From a bacterium (GTDB lineage Bacteria; Sysuimicrobiota; Sysuimicrobiia; Sysuimicrobiales; Kaftiobacteriaceae): 64,000 bases of DNA. This document shows, one piece after another, positions 45,439-54,043 of this stretch. The stretch covers positions 38,232-102,231 of the forward strand of contig DASXUC010000053.1 in the NCBI GenBank assembly GCA_036505015.1. Direction: 5' to 3'. A program made the translations under genes and the position numbers. Numbering within the stretch: the stretch's first letter is position 1; every line of letters begins with the position of its first letter. The notes under the pieces are model-generated. The model was not told the DNA's origin. It saw nothing but the letters and a program-made list of their open reading frames with translations, and ran no database searches.

Positions 45439-46500
45439 TCACTCGCCACCATAGATGTCCGAGTACAGCTCCGACGGGGCCGGTTCCGGGCTTTCCTCCG
45501 CGAACCGCACCGCGTCGGCGACGGCCCGCTTGGCCTCGTCGTGCACGCGCGCGGTCTTGGCGTCGTCGAGCACTCCGGCCTCATGCAGTTTCGTTTCCAG
45601 GATCAGGATCGGGTCGCGGCTCCTCATCTGTTCGAGCTCGGATTTCGTGCGGTAGGGCTGGAACAGATCGGCGGCGCCGTGGCCGGCGAAGCGGTAGGTG
45701 ATCAACTCGATCGCATATGGATGCCCGGTGGTGCGCACCTCGGCCAGAATACGGGCGGCGCGCTCGCGGACCTCGAAGAAGTCCATGCCGTCGGCACGCT
45801 CGTGGGCGATGCCGTGGGCGTCGAACCGCGACGCCAGGTTCGTCACCGCATGCGCGCGTTCGATCGACGTGCCCATGGCATACTTGTTGTTCTCGACGAT
45901 GTAGACGATCGGGCACAATCCGTCGCGTCCCCACAGCGCGGCCATGTTCACCGGTTCGTGAAACGACCCACTGTTCATCGCACCGTCGCCGAGGAAGCAC
46001 ACACAAACACGGTCGGTACCCTGATAGCGCAGCGCGTAGGCCGCACCGGTGGCGAGGGGGATGTGGCCGCCGACGATGCCGTAGCCCCCGTAGAATCCGC
46101 GCGGGACGTCGAACAGGTGCATCGATCCGCCCTTGCCCTTGGCCAGGCCGGTGGCCTTGCCGAACAACTCCGCCATCACGGCGCCTGGCGTGGCACCGCG
46201 AAACAGGGCATGGGCATGGTCACGATATGCCGTGAAGAAAATGTCGTCGGGGCGCAGCACCGCGAGGAATCCTGCCGCCACCGCCTCCTGGCCGCTGTAC
46301 ACGTGGAGGTAGCCCCCGATCTTCCCGCGGCGAAAGGCCCGCTCAGCCTCCTCCTCGAAGGTGCGCGCCAGCACCATCTTCGCGTACCACTCCGCTCCCG
46401 CGTCCAGCGCGGCGGGATCGCCCACACGCGCGCGGAGCTCCCGTCCGCCGGTGCGTGCGGAGGGGCGCGATCTGGCATCGGACGACGAAGCGTCGGTCAT
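45439..46500 (-). CDS. 2-oxoacid dehydrogenase E1 alpha subunit (TPP-dependent)
   Basis: TPP motif FLGDGAMNSGSFHEPVNMAAL and YRDHAHAL. No E3 gene is adjacent. Confidence 0.9.
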   Translation of the reverse strand: MTDASSSDARSRPSARTGGRELRARVGDPAALDAGAEWYAKMVLARTFEEEAERAFRRGKIGGYLHVYSGQEAVAAGFLAVLRPDDIFFTAYRDHAHALFRGATPGAVMAELFGKATGLAKGKGGSMHLFDVPRGFYGGYGIVGGHIPLATGAAYALRYQGTDRVCVCFLGDGAMNSGSFHEPVNMAALWGRDGLCPIVYIVENNKYAMGTSIERAHAVTNLASRFDAHGIAHERADGMDFFEVRERAARILAEVRTTGHPYAIELITYRFAGHGAADLFQPYRTKSELEQMRSRDPILILETKLHEAGVLDDAKTARVHDEAKRAVADAVRFAEESPEPAPSELYSDIYGGE

Positions 46501-46827
46501 TGCAGTGCGATCACCTGTCCGGCACGTCCCGTACCCGAGCGTGGCGAGTGGTACGGGAGAATGCGTGCGGAAAGCGCAAATGGAATTATACTAACATACG
46601 GTGGGTCGGATCATCTCCCTGCTGTCGTTTGCACGGTGTGCCGCCGATGGAATATCGCATGCCGACACACGCTGAGCTGCGCGCGCGGCTGGACGCCGCG
46701 CTGGCCGCCGCCGAAGAGGCCGCACGTGACGCGGCCGGCTGTGACGCCGTGCCCGAGGAGCTGCGCGCGCGCCATGCCGCGGTGCTCAACGAGCTGATCG
46801 CGCTGCGGCGCGAAATGGCGGCGGCCT

Positions 46828-47844
46828 TTGAGTAAGCTGGCGTCCGTCCCGTCGCTGGCGGCGATCCGCCGGATGCCGAAGGTAGAACTCCACGTGCACC
46901 TGGAGACCTCGCTGCGGCTGCGGCGTCTTGCCGAACAGCAGCACAATCCCGGTCCCCTGATGACCGAGCTCTCCCTCATCGCCGATCCCTCCAAGTTCAC
47001 CGGCTATGACCGCCTGCGGCGGCTCCGCTATGCCAGCCGCGTCGGGAAGATTCCCGACGCGCTGTACACCCCGGAGAACCTCGAGCAGATCACCTTCGAA
47101 CTGCTGAGCGAGAGCCACGCCCAGGGGACACGCTACGTCGAAGTCCGCGTGGGCGGCCGGCGCGGGTTTTCGATCCTCGGCACGCGCCGGTTACTGGAGG
47201 CGATGGCCCGGGCGCGGGCCCGCGCGGAAGAGTCGTTCGGTGTGCGGTCGGGATTCCTGATCACCATCGTCCGCGAACGCGGGCCCGACGAGGCCGATGC
47301 GCGGGTGCGGGACGCGATCGACGGAGCCGACTGCGGGGTGGTGGGGGTGGATCTGGCCGGCGATGAGGAAAACTATCCTCCCGCGTTGTTCGCCCGCCCG
47401 CTGGCGCGGGCGAGGGAGGCGGGACTGGGTGTGACCGTCCACGCCGGGGAATTTGCCGGACCGGCCAGCATCTGGACCGCCGTGTATCAGGTGGGCGCGA
47501 CCCGGCTCGGGCATGGGATCCGCGCGGTGGAAGATCCCGACCTGCTGACGTACCTTCGCGACCACCAGATCACGCTGGAGGTCTGCCCGTCCAGCAACAT
47601 GCGCTTGGGCCTCTGCGCCACCATCGGCCAGCATCCGGTGGGGAAACTGCTCCAGCTCGGCGTCCCCGTGACGATCAACAGCGACGATCCGGTCCTGCTG
47701 GGCACGGATCTGTCCCAGGAACTCCACACGGTGGCGACCGTCTTTTCCCTCTCGCAGGCGCAGCTGTCTGACCTGATGAGGGGGGCCGCCCGTGCGGCAT
47801 TCATCCCGGCCGATCAAGTGCAGTGGCTTCAAACCCAGCTCTGA
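46828..47844 (+). CDS. add: Adenosine deaminase
   Basis: Motifs VELHVHLETSLR, VGVDLAGDE, TVHAGE and TINSDDP. Confidence 0.85.
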   Translation: MSKLASVPSLAAIRRMPKVELHVHLETSLRLRRLAEQQHNPGPLMTELSLIADPSKFTGYDRLRRLRYASRVGKIPDALYTPENLEQITFELLSESHAQGTRYVEVRVGGRRGFSILGTRRLLEAMARARARAEESFGVRSGFLITIVRERGPDEADARVRDAIDGADCGVVGVDLAGDEENYPPALFARPLARAREAGLGVTVHAGEFAGPASIWTAVYQVGATRLGHGIRAVEDPDLLTYLRDHQITLEVCPSSNMRLGLCATIGQHPVGKLLQLGVPVTINSDDPVLLGTDLSQELHTVATVFSLSQAQLSDLMRGAARAAFIPADQVQWLQTQL

Positions 47845-47857
47845 CGCGTCCCTTCCA

Positions 47858-47886
47858 TTGACACCCCCGCACCCCCGTGACAGAAT
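47858..47886 (+). promoter_or_regulatory. Sigma-70-type promoter candidate for the suf operon
   Basis: TTGACA (47858-47863), 17-nt spacer, CAGAAT (47881-47886). Confidence 0.45.
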
Positions 47887-47905
47887 GAAAATCGAGCGGA
47901 TTGTT

Positions 47906-47918
47906 GAGTAATTTACTC
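47906..47918. promoter_or_regulatory. Perfect 13-bp palindrome (candidate operator) just downstream of the suf promoter
   Basis: GAGTAA-T-TTACTC, 25 nt before the sufC ATG. Confidence 0.45.
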
Positions 47919-47942
47919 CAGAATCTTGTCCGAGGTTTGTGG

Positions 47943-48773
47943 ATGTCCGATCTTGAGATCAAGGACCTCACCGTCCAGGTCGAGGACAAAGTGATTCTGA
48001 AGGGCGCCAATCTCTCCATCAATAGAGGAGAGATCCACGCCCTGATGGGGCCGAACGGTTCGGGAAAGTCGACCCTGGCCAATGTGCTGATGGGCAACCC
48101 GTTCTACCAGGTCGTGCGCGGCGAGGTGCTGTACAAGGGGGAAGACCTCCTGTCGATGGCACCGGATGTGCGCGCCAGGAAAGGATTGTTTATCGCCTTC
48201 CAGTACCCGGTCAGCATTCCCGGTGTGACCATGGCCAGCTTCCTGCGGACCGCGCTGTCGGCGCGCCGCGGCTACGAGAAGGAACTGATTCCGGTCGGGG
48301 AGTTCCAGAAGCTGCTGAAGCAGAAACTGGAAGAACTGCGCATCGAACCGTCGATCGTCAGCCGCTACGTGAACGAAGGGTTCTCCGGCGGCGAGAAGAA
48401 GCGCGCCGAGATCCTGCAGATGGCGCTGTTGGAACCGGAGATCGCGATCATGGACGAGACGGACTCCGGATTGGACATCGACTCGATGAGGGTGGTCGCC
48501 GACGGTGTGAACCGGATGTACGAGCAGTCGAACCAGACGATGGGCCTGCTGGTCATCACCCACTACTCGCGCATCCTGCAGTTCATCAAGCCGTCGTTCG
48601 TGCACGTCATGTTCGACGGCCGCTTCGTCGTGTCCGGGGGGCCGGAACTGGCCGAGGAACTCGAAGAGGCCGGCTACGAGGGGATCAAGTCGCAGTTTGA
48701 GGTTGTCGCCGCGGAGGTGCAGTCCGAAGGCGCCGTGCGGCGGGCCGGCAAAGTGTTCTGGGTGGCGCACTAG
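47943..48773 (+). CDS. sufC: Fe-S cluster assembly ATPase SufC
   Basis: ATG 47943 (MSDLEIKDLTV), Walker A GPNGSGKST, signature NEGFSGGEKKR. Confidence 0.9.
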   Translation: MSDLEIKDLTVQVEDKVILKGANLSINRGEIHALMGPNGSGKSTLANVLMGNPFYQVVRGEVLYKGEDLLSMAPDVRARKGLFIAFQYPVSIPGVTMASFLRTALSARRGYEKELIPVGEFQKLLKQKLEELRIEPSIVSRYVNEGFSGGEKKRAEILQMALLEPEIAIMDETDSGLDIDSMRVVADGVNRMYEQSNQTMGLLVITHYSRILQFIKPSFVHVMFDGRFVVSGGPELAEELEEAGYEGIKSQFEVVAAEVQSEGAVRRAGKVFWVAH

Positions 48774-48794
48774 CGCCGTAGAGGAGAAGGGCTG

Positions 48795-50201
48795 ATGGCC
48801 GTCACGAACCAGCTGGGGATCGATCTCGAGAAATACAAGTGGGGCTTCCGCGAGCCGGAGAACTACGTGTTCAAGGCCCGCCGGGGTCTGAACGCGCGCG
48901 GGGTGGAGGAGATCTCCGCCATGAAGAACGAGCCGGACTGGATGCGCGCGTACCGGTTGCACTCGTACGAGCACTACCTGCAGCGGCCGATGCCGCGGTG
49001 GGGCGCGGATCTGTCCTCGATCAACTTTGACGACATCTTCTACTACATCAAGCCGACGGACAAGCAGGCCGGGACGTGGGAAGAGCTGCCGGCGGAGATC
49101 AAGCGCACGTATGACAAGCTCGGGATTCCCGAAGCGGAACGGAAGTTTCTCTCCGGCGTGTCGGCGCAGTACGAAAGCGAAGTGGTCTACCACAACCTCA
49201 AGGCCGAGTGGGAGAAGCTCGGCGTCATCTTCGTGGACACCGATACGGCGCTGCGCGAGCATCCCGATTTGGTGCGCGAGTACTTCGGCACCGTGGTCCC
49301 GCCGGAAGACAACAAGCTGGCGGCGCTGAACTCGGCGGTGTGGTCGGGCGGGTCGTTCGTGTACGTGCCCGCGGGCGTGCACGTGGACATCCCGCTGCAG
49401 GCCTACTTCCGCATCAATGCGCAGAACATGGGCCAGTTCGAGCGCACGCTGATCATCTGCGAGCCGGGGTCGTACGTCCACTATGTCGAGGGCTGCACGG
49501 CGCCGATCTACACCACGGACTCGCTGCATACCGCGGTCGTGGAGATCATCGTGAAGGAAGGGGCGCGCTGCCGCTACACCACGATCCAGAACTGGTCCAC
49601 CAATGTCTACAACCTGGTGACCAAGCGCGCGATCGCGTACCGCGACGCGACCATGGAGTGGATCGACGGGAACCTGGGGTCCAAAATCACGATGAAGTAC
49701 CCCAGCGTGTACATGGTGGAGCCCGGCGCGAAGGCGGAGATCCTCTCCGTGGCCTTTGCGGGCAAGGGACAGCATCAGGATCCCGGCGGCAAGGTCATTC
49801 ACGCCGCCCCGCACACCCAGTCGGTCATCGTCAGCAAATCGATCAGCAAGGACGGCGGTCGGGCGGGGTACCGCGGGCTGGTGAAGATCTATCCGGGGGC
49901 GAAGGGCAGCCGCTCGGCGGTGCGCTGCGACGCGCTGATCCTTGACGACCACAGCCGATCCGACACGTACCCGACGATGGAGATCGACGAAGAGGACGTC
50001 TCGATCACCCACGAGGCCACCGTGTCGAAGGTGTCCGATGAGCAGTTGTTCTACCTGATGAGCCGCGGCGTGAAGGAAGACGAAGCGATGAACATGATCG
50101 TCCGCGGATTCGTGGAGCCCATCGTGAAGGAACTGCCGCTGGAGTATGCCGTCGAGCTGAACCGTCTCATCGAGCTGGAGATGGAGGGTTCGGTCGGCTA
50201 A
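48795..50201 (+). CDS. sufB: Fe-S cluster assembly scaffold SufB
   Basis: Size, position after sufC and typical SufB C-terminal beta-helix sequence ([20 protein letters not shown]). Confidence 0.9.
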   Translation: MAVTNQLGIDLEKYKWGFREPENYVFKARRGLNARGVEEISAMKNEPDWMRAYRLHSYEHYLQRPMPRWGADLSSINFDDIFYYIKPTDKQAGTWEELPAEIKRTYDKLGIPEAERKFLSGVSAQYESEVVYHNLKAEWEKLGVIFVDTDTALREHPDLVREYFGTVVPPEDNKLAALNSAVWSGGSFVYVPAGVHVDIPLQAYFRINAQNMGQFERTLIICEPGSYVHYVEGCTAPIYTTDSLHTAVVEIIVKEGARCRYTTIQNWSTNVYNLVTKRAIAYRDATMEWIDGNLGSKITMKYPSVYMVEPGAKAEILSVAFAGKGQHQDPGGKVIHAAPHTQSVIVSKSISKDGGRAGYRGLVKIYPGAKGSRSAVRCDALILDDHSRSDTYPTMEIDEEDVSITHEATVSKVSDEQLFYLMSRGVKEDEAMNMIVRGFVEPIVKELPLEYAVELNRLIELEMEGSVG

Positions 50202-50212
50202 CAGCGCTGGGC

Positions 50213-50285
50213 CAGGGATTAGGGGAGTAGGGGACTAGGGGAGTCAGGTCCGGTTGCGTTCCCCTGCGCCCTTAATCCCCTAATC
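50213..50285. repeat. Imperfect hairpin of tandem AGGGGAnT octamers and complements (same unit family as 19041-19140)
   Basis: CAGGGATT AGGGGAGT AGGGGACT AGGGGAGT CAGG ...CCCCTGCG CCCTTAAT CCCCTAAT C. It sits between sufB and sufD. Confidence 0.8.
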
Positions 50286-50303
50286 TGGTGTTTGTGAGGA
50301 ATA

Positions 50304-51617
50304 ATGTCCGAGCAAATTCTGGAAGCAACCGAGCTGACCCGCGCCGCCGTCGAAGCCCTCTCGGCGCGGTTCGACGAGCCGGCGTGGGTGCGCACCGCGC
50401 GCCTGGGGGCGTTTGATCGCTTCGAGCAATCGCCCTGGCCGTCCACGCAGGATGAGCGTTGGCGGCGCACCGACCTCAGCGGCCTTGCGGCCGACCGGAT
50501 CCGCCCGTTTGTCGAAGGCGCCTCCGATCCGCTGCCCGCCGCCGTGCGGCTGGCGGGGGACCGGCTCAGCCCCGCCGCCGGACTGCTCGTGCAGCGCAAC
50601 GCCACGACCGTCAGCGCGCACCTCGACGCCGATCTTGCCGCCCGCGGGGTCGTGTTCACCGATCTGCATGCGGCGGTGCGCGATCACCCCGACCTGGTCG
50701 AACCCCACCTGATGCAGTTAATCCGCGCGGACGAAGGAAAATTCCAGGCCCTCCACGCCGCCTTCTGGTCGGGGGGAACGTTCGTCTACGTCCCTGCCGG
50801 TGTGGAGGTGGCGCTGCCCCTGCTGACGCTGTCATGGATCGACGCCCCAGACGCCGGGTTGTTCCCGCACATCCTGCTGATCGCCGAACCGGGCAGCCGT
50901 GTCACCCTGATCAACGCGTCGGGGCTGGACAGCGGCGGGCGCGCCCTGGTGGTTCCCGCGGCCGAGATCATCATCCACGACGGCGCCGCGGTGCGCCACG
51001 CGACGGTGCAGAACTGGGGCCGCGAGGTCTGGGAGATCGGAGTGCTGCGGGCACAGATCGAACGCGATGCCACCCTGCACAACCTGCTGGTCGCCCTCGG
51101 CGGCGGTGTGGTCAAGGCGGACGTGGAGTCCATCCTGGCCGGACCGGGTGCTTCGTCCGAGATGCTGGGACTCGTGTTTGGCGACGGCGGCCAGCATTAC
51201 GACATCCACACCCTGCAGGAGCACGCCGCCCCGCACACGCTCAGCGACCTGCTGTATAAGAATGCGGTGAAGAACCACGCTTCCAGTTCGTTCGTCGGGA
51301 TGATCCGCGTCCATCCCGGGGCCCAGAAAACCAATGCGTTCCAATCCAACCGCAATCTGATTCTGTCGGAAGGGTCGCGCGCGATCTCCGACCCCAAGCT
51401 GGAGATCCTGGCCAACGATCTGCGCTGCACGCACGGTTCGGCCACCAGCCGCCTGAATGAAGAACATCTGTTCTATCTGATGAGCCGCGGCCTCACGCGC
51501 GAACAGGCCGTGCGGATGGTCGTGGAGGGCTTCTTCGCCGAACTGCTCGACCGCGTGCCCCTGGCGCCGCTGGCCGACAGCCTGCGCGGCGAGATCGCGG
51601 TGCGGATGACGGCGTGA
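50304..51617 (+). CDS. sufD: Fe-S cluster assembly protein SufD
   Basis: SufB/D-family beta-helix with C-terminal [20 protein letters not shown]. Position after sufB. Confidence 0.85.
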   Translation: MSEQILEATELTRAAVEALSARFDEPAWVRTARLGAFDRFEQSPWPSTQDERWRRTDLSGLAADRIRPFVEGASDPLPAAVRLAGDRLSPAAGLLVQRNATTVSAHLDADLAARGVVFTDLHAAVRDHPDLVEPHLMQLIRADEGKFQALHAAFWSGGTFVYVPAGVEVALPLLTLSWIDAPDAGLFPHILLIAEPGSRVTLINASGLDSGGRALVVPAAEIIIHDGAAVRHATVQNWGREVWEIGVLRAQIERDATLHNLLVALGGGVVKADVESILAGPGASSEMLGLVFGDGGQHYDIHTLQEHAAPHTLSDLLYKNAVKNHASSSFVGMIRVHPGAQKTNAFQSNRNLILSEGSRAISDPKLEILANDLRCTHGSATSRLNEEHLFYLMSRGLTREQAVRMVVEGFFAELLDRVPLAPLADSLRGEIAVRMTA

Positions 51618-51619
51618 TG

Positions 51620-51674
51620 CGGGATCGCGGGAACGGGGGAACGCGGGAACGCGAACTGGTGGACTACGTTCCCG
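51620..51674. repeat. Tandem octamers GCGGGATC GCGGGAAC GGGGGAAC GCGGGAAC GCGAAC plus downstream complement CGTTCCCG
   Basis: Read directly. 51620-51657 is tandem. CGTTCCCG at 51667-51674 can pair with CGGGAACG. Confidence 0.75.
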
Positions 51675-52000
51675 TCGCCGCGGTGGAAGAGATTCCACCG
51701 GGCACGGCGAAACAGGTGCACGTCAACGGGTACACGGTGGCGGTCTTCAACGTTGGCGGCACGTTTTACGCGATCGACGACACGTGCACCCACGAAGAGG
51801 CGTCCCTGGCCGGCGGCGCGGTGTACGGTGACATCGTGGCCTGCCCCAAGCATGGTTCCCGGTTCCACGTCCCGACCGGTCGGGTGCTCTCGCTGCCGGC
51901 CGTGGTGCCGGTGAACACGTATCCGGTGAAGGTCGAGGGCGGACGGGTGCTGGTGCTGCCGGAGCCCCACCGGGGCCACGGGATGCCGCACAAGGCATGA
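51659..52000 (+). CDS. Rieske [2Fe-2S] ferredoxin-like protein
   Basis: CTHEEASL...CPKHGSRF (C-x-H...C-x-x-H). Start moved to GTG 51659 because the first 15 codons of track ORF 51614 translate the tandem octamer repeat. Confidence 0.8.
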   Translation: MDYVPVAAVEEIPPGTAKQVHVNGYTVAVFNVGGTFYAIDDTCTHEEASLAGGAVYGDIVACPKHGSRFHVPTGRVLSLPAVVPVNTYPVKVEGGRVLVLPEPHRGHGMPHKA

Positions 52001-52025
52001 CAGACCGGGCGCGGAGGGCGCGGCA

Positions 52026-53276
52026 ATGATGCCTGAGACGGTCCGAGCGGACTTCCCCCTGCTGGCGCGGACGATGCACGGCAAGCCGCTGGTCTACCTC
52101 GACAGCGCGGCGACGTCGCAGAAGCCCGCGCGGGTCATCGACGCGCTGGTGCGCTACTACCAGGAGTACAACGCCAACATCCACCGCGGCATCTACCTGA
52201 TCGCGGAAGAAGCCACGGCGCAGTACGAGGCGTCGCGCGCCAAGGTCGCCACGTTCATCCACGCCGCCCGCCCGGAAGAAGTGGTCTTCACCCGCAGCAC
52301 CACCGAGGCAATCAACCTCGTGGCCTACGCGTGGGGACGGGCCAACGTTGGCGCCGGCGACGAGATCCTCCTCACCGAGATGGAGCACCACAGCAACCTG
52401 GTGCCCTGGCAGATGCTCGCGGCCGAGCGGGAGGCGCGGCTGCGGTTTGTGCCGTTCGATGAGCGGGGCATCCTCCGGATGAATGAGTTCGACCGAGCGC
52501 TCACCGAGCGCACGAAGCTCGTGGCCCTGACCCATCAGTCCAACGTGTTGGGCACCATCAACCCCGTGGAAGACATCGCGCGGAAGGCGCACGCCGTGGG
52601 GGCAAAGGTGCTGATCGATGGGGCGCAGAGCGCGCCGCACATGCCGGTGGATGTGCAGGCGCTGGGCTGTGACTTCTTCGCCTTCTCCGGACATAAGATG
52701 TGCGGCCCCACGGGCACCGGCGCGCTGTGGGCGCACTATGATCTGCTCGACACGATGCCGCCGTTCAACGGCGGCGGCGAGATGATCATGCTGGTCCACC
52801 TGGACCGCTCCACCTACAAAGACCCGCCGTTGAAGTTCGAGGCGGGGACGCAGAACATCGCGGACTGCATCGCCTGGGGCGACGCGATCGACTACCTGGG
52901 CTCGATCGGCATGGATGCCATCCGGCAGCACGAGCGGGAACTGACCGGCTACGCGCTGGACCGGTTGAGCGAGTTCGTGCCGGGCCTGACGATCTTCGGT
53001 CCCACCGATCTCGCCGTCCGCGGCGGCGCGGTGTCCTTCGAGCTGGACGTGGCCCACGCGCATGACGTCGCGCAGGTGCTGGATCAGGAAGGCATCGCGG
53101 TGCGCGCCGGCCACCACTGCACCCAGCCCCTGCACCGGGCACTCGGGGTGTCCGCCACCGCACGGGCGAGTTTCTATCTGTACAACACGAAAGACGACGT
53201 GGACGCGCTGGTGCGCGGCCTGCAGACCGTGCGGCGCCTGTTCGCTCCGCAGACCGCCCCGATTCCCCGCCGTTAA
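52026..53276 (+). CDS. sufS: Cysteine desulfurase SufS (group II)
   Basis: PLP lysine FSGHKMCGPTG and active-site RAGHHCTQP. Confidence 0.9.
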   Translation: MMPETVRADFPLLARTMHGKPLVYLDSAATSQKPARVIDALVRYYQEYNANIHRGIYLIAEEATAQYEASRAKVATFIHAARPEEVVFTRSTTEAINLVAYAWGRANVGAGDEILLTEMEHHSNLVPWQMLAAEREARLRFVPFDERGILRMNEFDRALTERTKLVALTHQSNVLGTINPVEDIARKAHAVGAKVLIDGAQSAPHMPVDVQALGCDFFAFSGHKMCGPTGTGALWAHYDLLDTMPPFNGGGEMIMLVHLDRSTYKDPPLKFEAGTQNIADCIAWGDAIDYLGSIGMDAIRQHERELTGYALDRLSEFVPGLTIFGPTDLAVRGGAVSFELDVAHAHDVAQVLDQEGIAVRAGHHCTQPLHRALGVSATARASFYLYNTKDDVDALVRGLQTVRRLFAPQTAPIPRR

Positions 53277-53349
53277 CTTGTCCCGACAACCCAACCGCGA
53301 GGGCCGGGCGTTCAGGTTTTGTTCAGGTCCGGCCGCTAGTCTGACCGCG

Positions 53350-53550
53350 ATGAGCCGGGACGTTCTGGAAGAGATTCTGGCGCGCGCGATGGAAGATGAC
53401 GCGTTCCGAAGCCGGCTGCTCACGGCGCCGGCGCAGGCCCTGGAAAGCTATGCACTCAGCCCGCGGGAGCGCCAGGCATTCATCGCCGGTGACCTGCGGC
53501 AGATCCTCCTCGCCGCCGATCTTCCGCCCGAGATTCAAGGAGCCGAGTGA
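53350..53550 (+). CDS. 66-aa helical protein resembling NHLP/Nif11-leader or LigA-subunit-like domains
   Basis: ATG 53350 within track ORF 53062..53550. MSRDVLEEILARAMEDDAFRSRLLTAPAQALESYALSPRERQAFIAGDL. The stop overlaps the next start (GTGATG). Confidence 0.45.
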   Translation: MSRDVLEEILARAMEDDAFRSRLLTAPAQALESYALSPRERQAFIAGDLRQILLAADLPPEIQGAE

Positions 53551-54023
53551 TGCACACGTCCTGGCACCGCATTTCGATCCTGGCGGTGGTCATGGTCACC
53601 GCGGTGGCGACCGGGTGCGCCCGGCGGCAGCCATCCGCCGCACCACCCGCGCCATCGACCACCGCGCCGCCTTCGGCCTCCACTCAGATTGGATCGATCA
53701 CGTTCGCCCGCGGCGAATCGAACGGCAGCCCCCAGGATCCTGGGGATCACTTTCCTGCCGGGGTGAGTCGCGTCTACGGCTTCTTCACCTTTGCAGGGCT
53801 GAAGGCCGATGACGTCGTGCGCGGCGTCTGGACGGAGGGCGGACGCCAGATTCTCGAGAAGCACCTCACACTCCCGGAAGTATTTAGCGGCCGGACGCCA
53901 GACAAGGGGACCCTGTGGCTGTGGATCCAATGGGCCAAAGGCGCACCGGCGGGGACGTTCCAGTTGGACATCAGCGTGAATGGAACCGTGATGCAGTCGG
54001 GGACCTTTGTCGTGGAGCCGTAG
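53547..54023 (+). CDS. Lipoprotein with single beta-sandwich-like domain
   Basis: Lipobox AVATGC. The C-terminal APAGTFQLDISVNGTVMQSGTFVVEP resembles the first folded domain of the next protein (FAPGDYRVELKVSGG). Confidence 0.55.
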   Translation: MMHTSWHRISILAVVMVTAVATGCARRQPSAAPPAPSTTAPPSASTQIGSITFARGESNGSPQDPGDHFPAGVSRVYGFFTFAGLKADDVVRGVWTEGGRQILEKHLTLPEVFSGRTPDKGTLWLWIQWAKGAPAGTFQLDISVNGTVMQSGTFVVEP

Positions 54024-54043
54024 CCGTGGCTCGCCCAGCCCGC

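Noticed and set aside
46647-46835. 62-aa Ala/Glu-rich ORF (MEYRMPTHAELRARLDAALAAAEEAARD...) upstream of adenosine deaminase
   Set aside because: No Shine-Dalgarno sequence and no recognisable motif. It overlaps the add start. Support is insufficient to call it a gene, although a small helical protein cannot be excluded.
47913-50012. 699-aa minus-strand ORF
   Set aside because: It is antisense to sufC and sufB, which are unambiguous. Composition is dominated by Arg/His/Asp/Val/Gly.
51620-51657. Tandem octamer arrays (also at 19041, 31505, 36567, 42836, 50213) as CRISPR arrays
   Set aside because: The units are 7-10 nt and directly adjacent with no spacers. No cas genes are present. They are paired with inverted copies forming hairpins.
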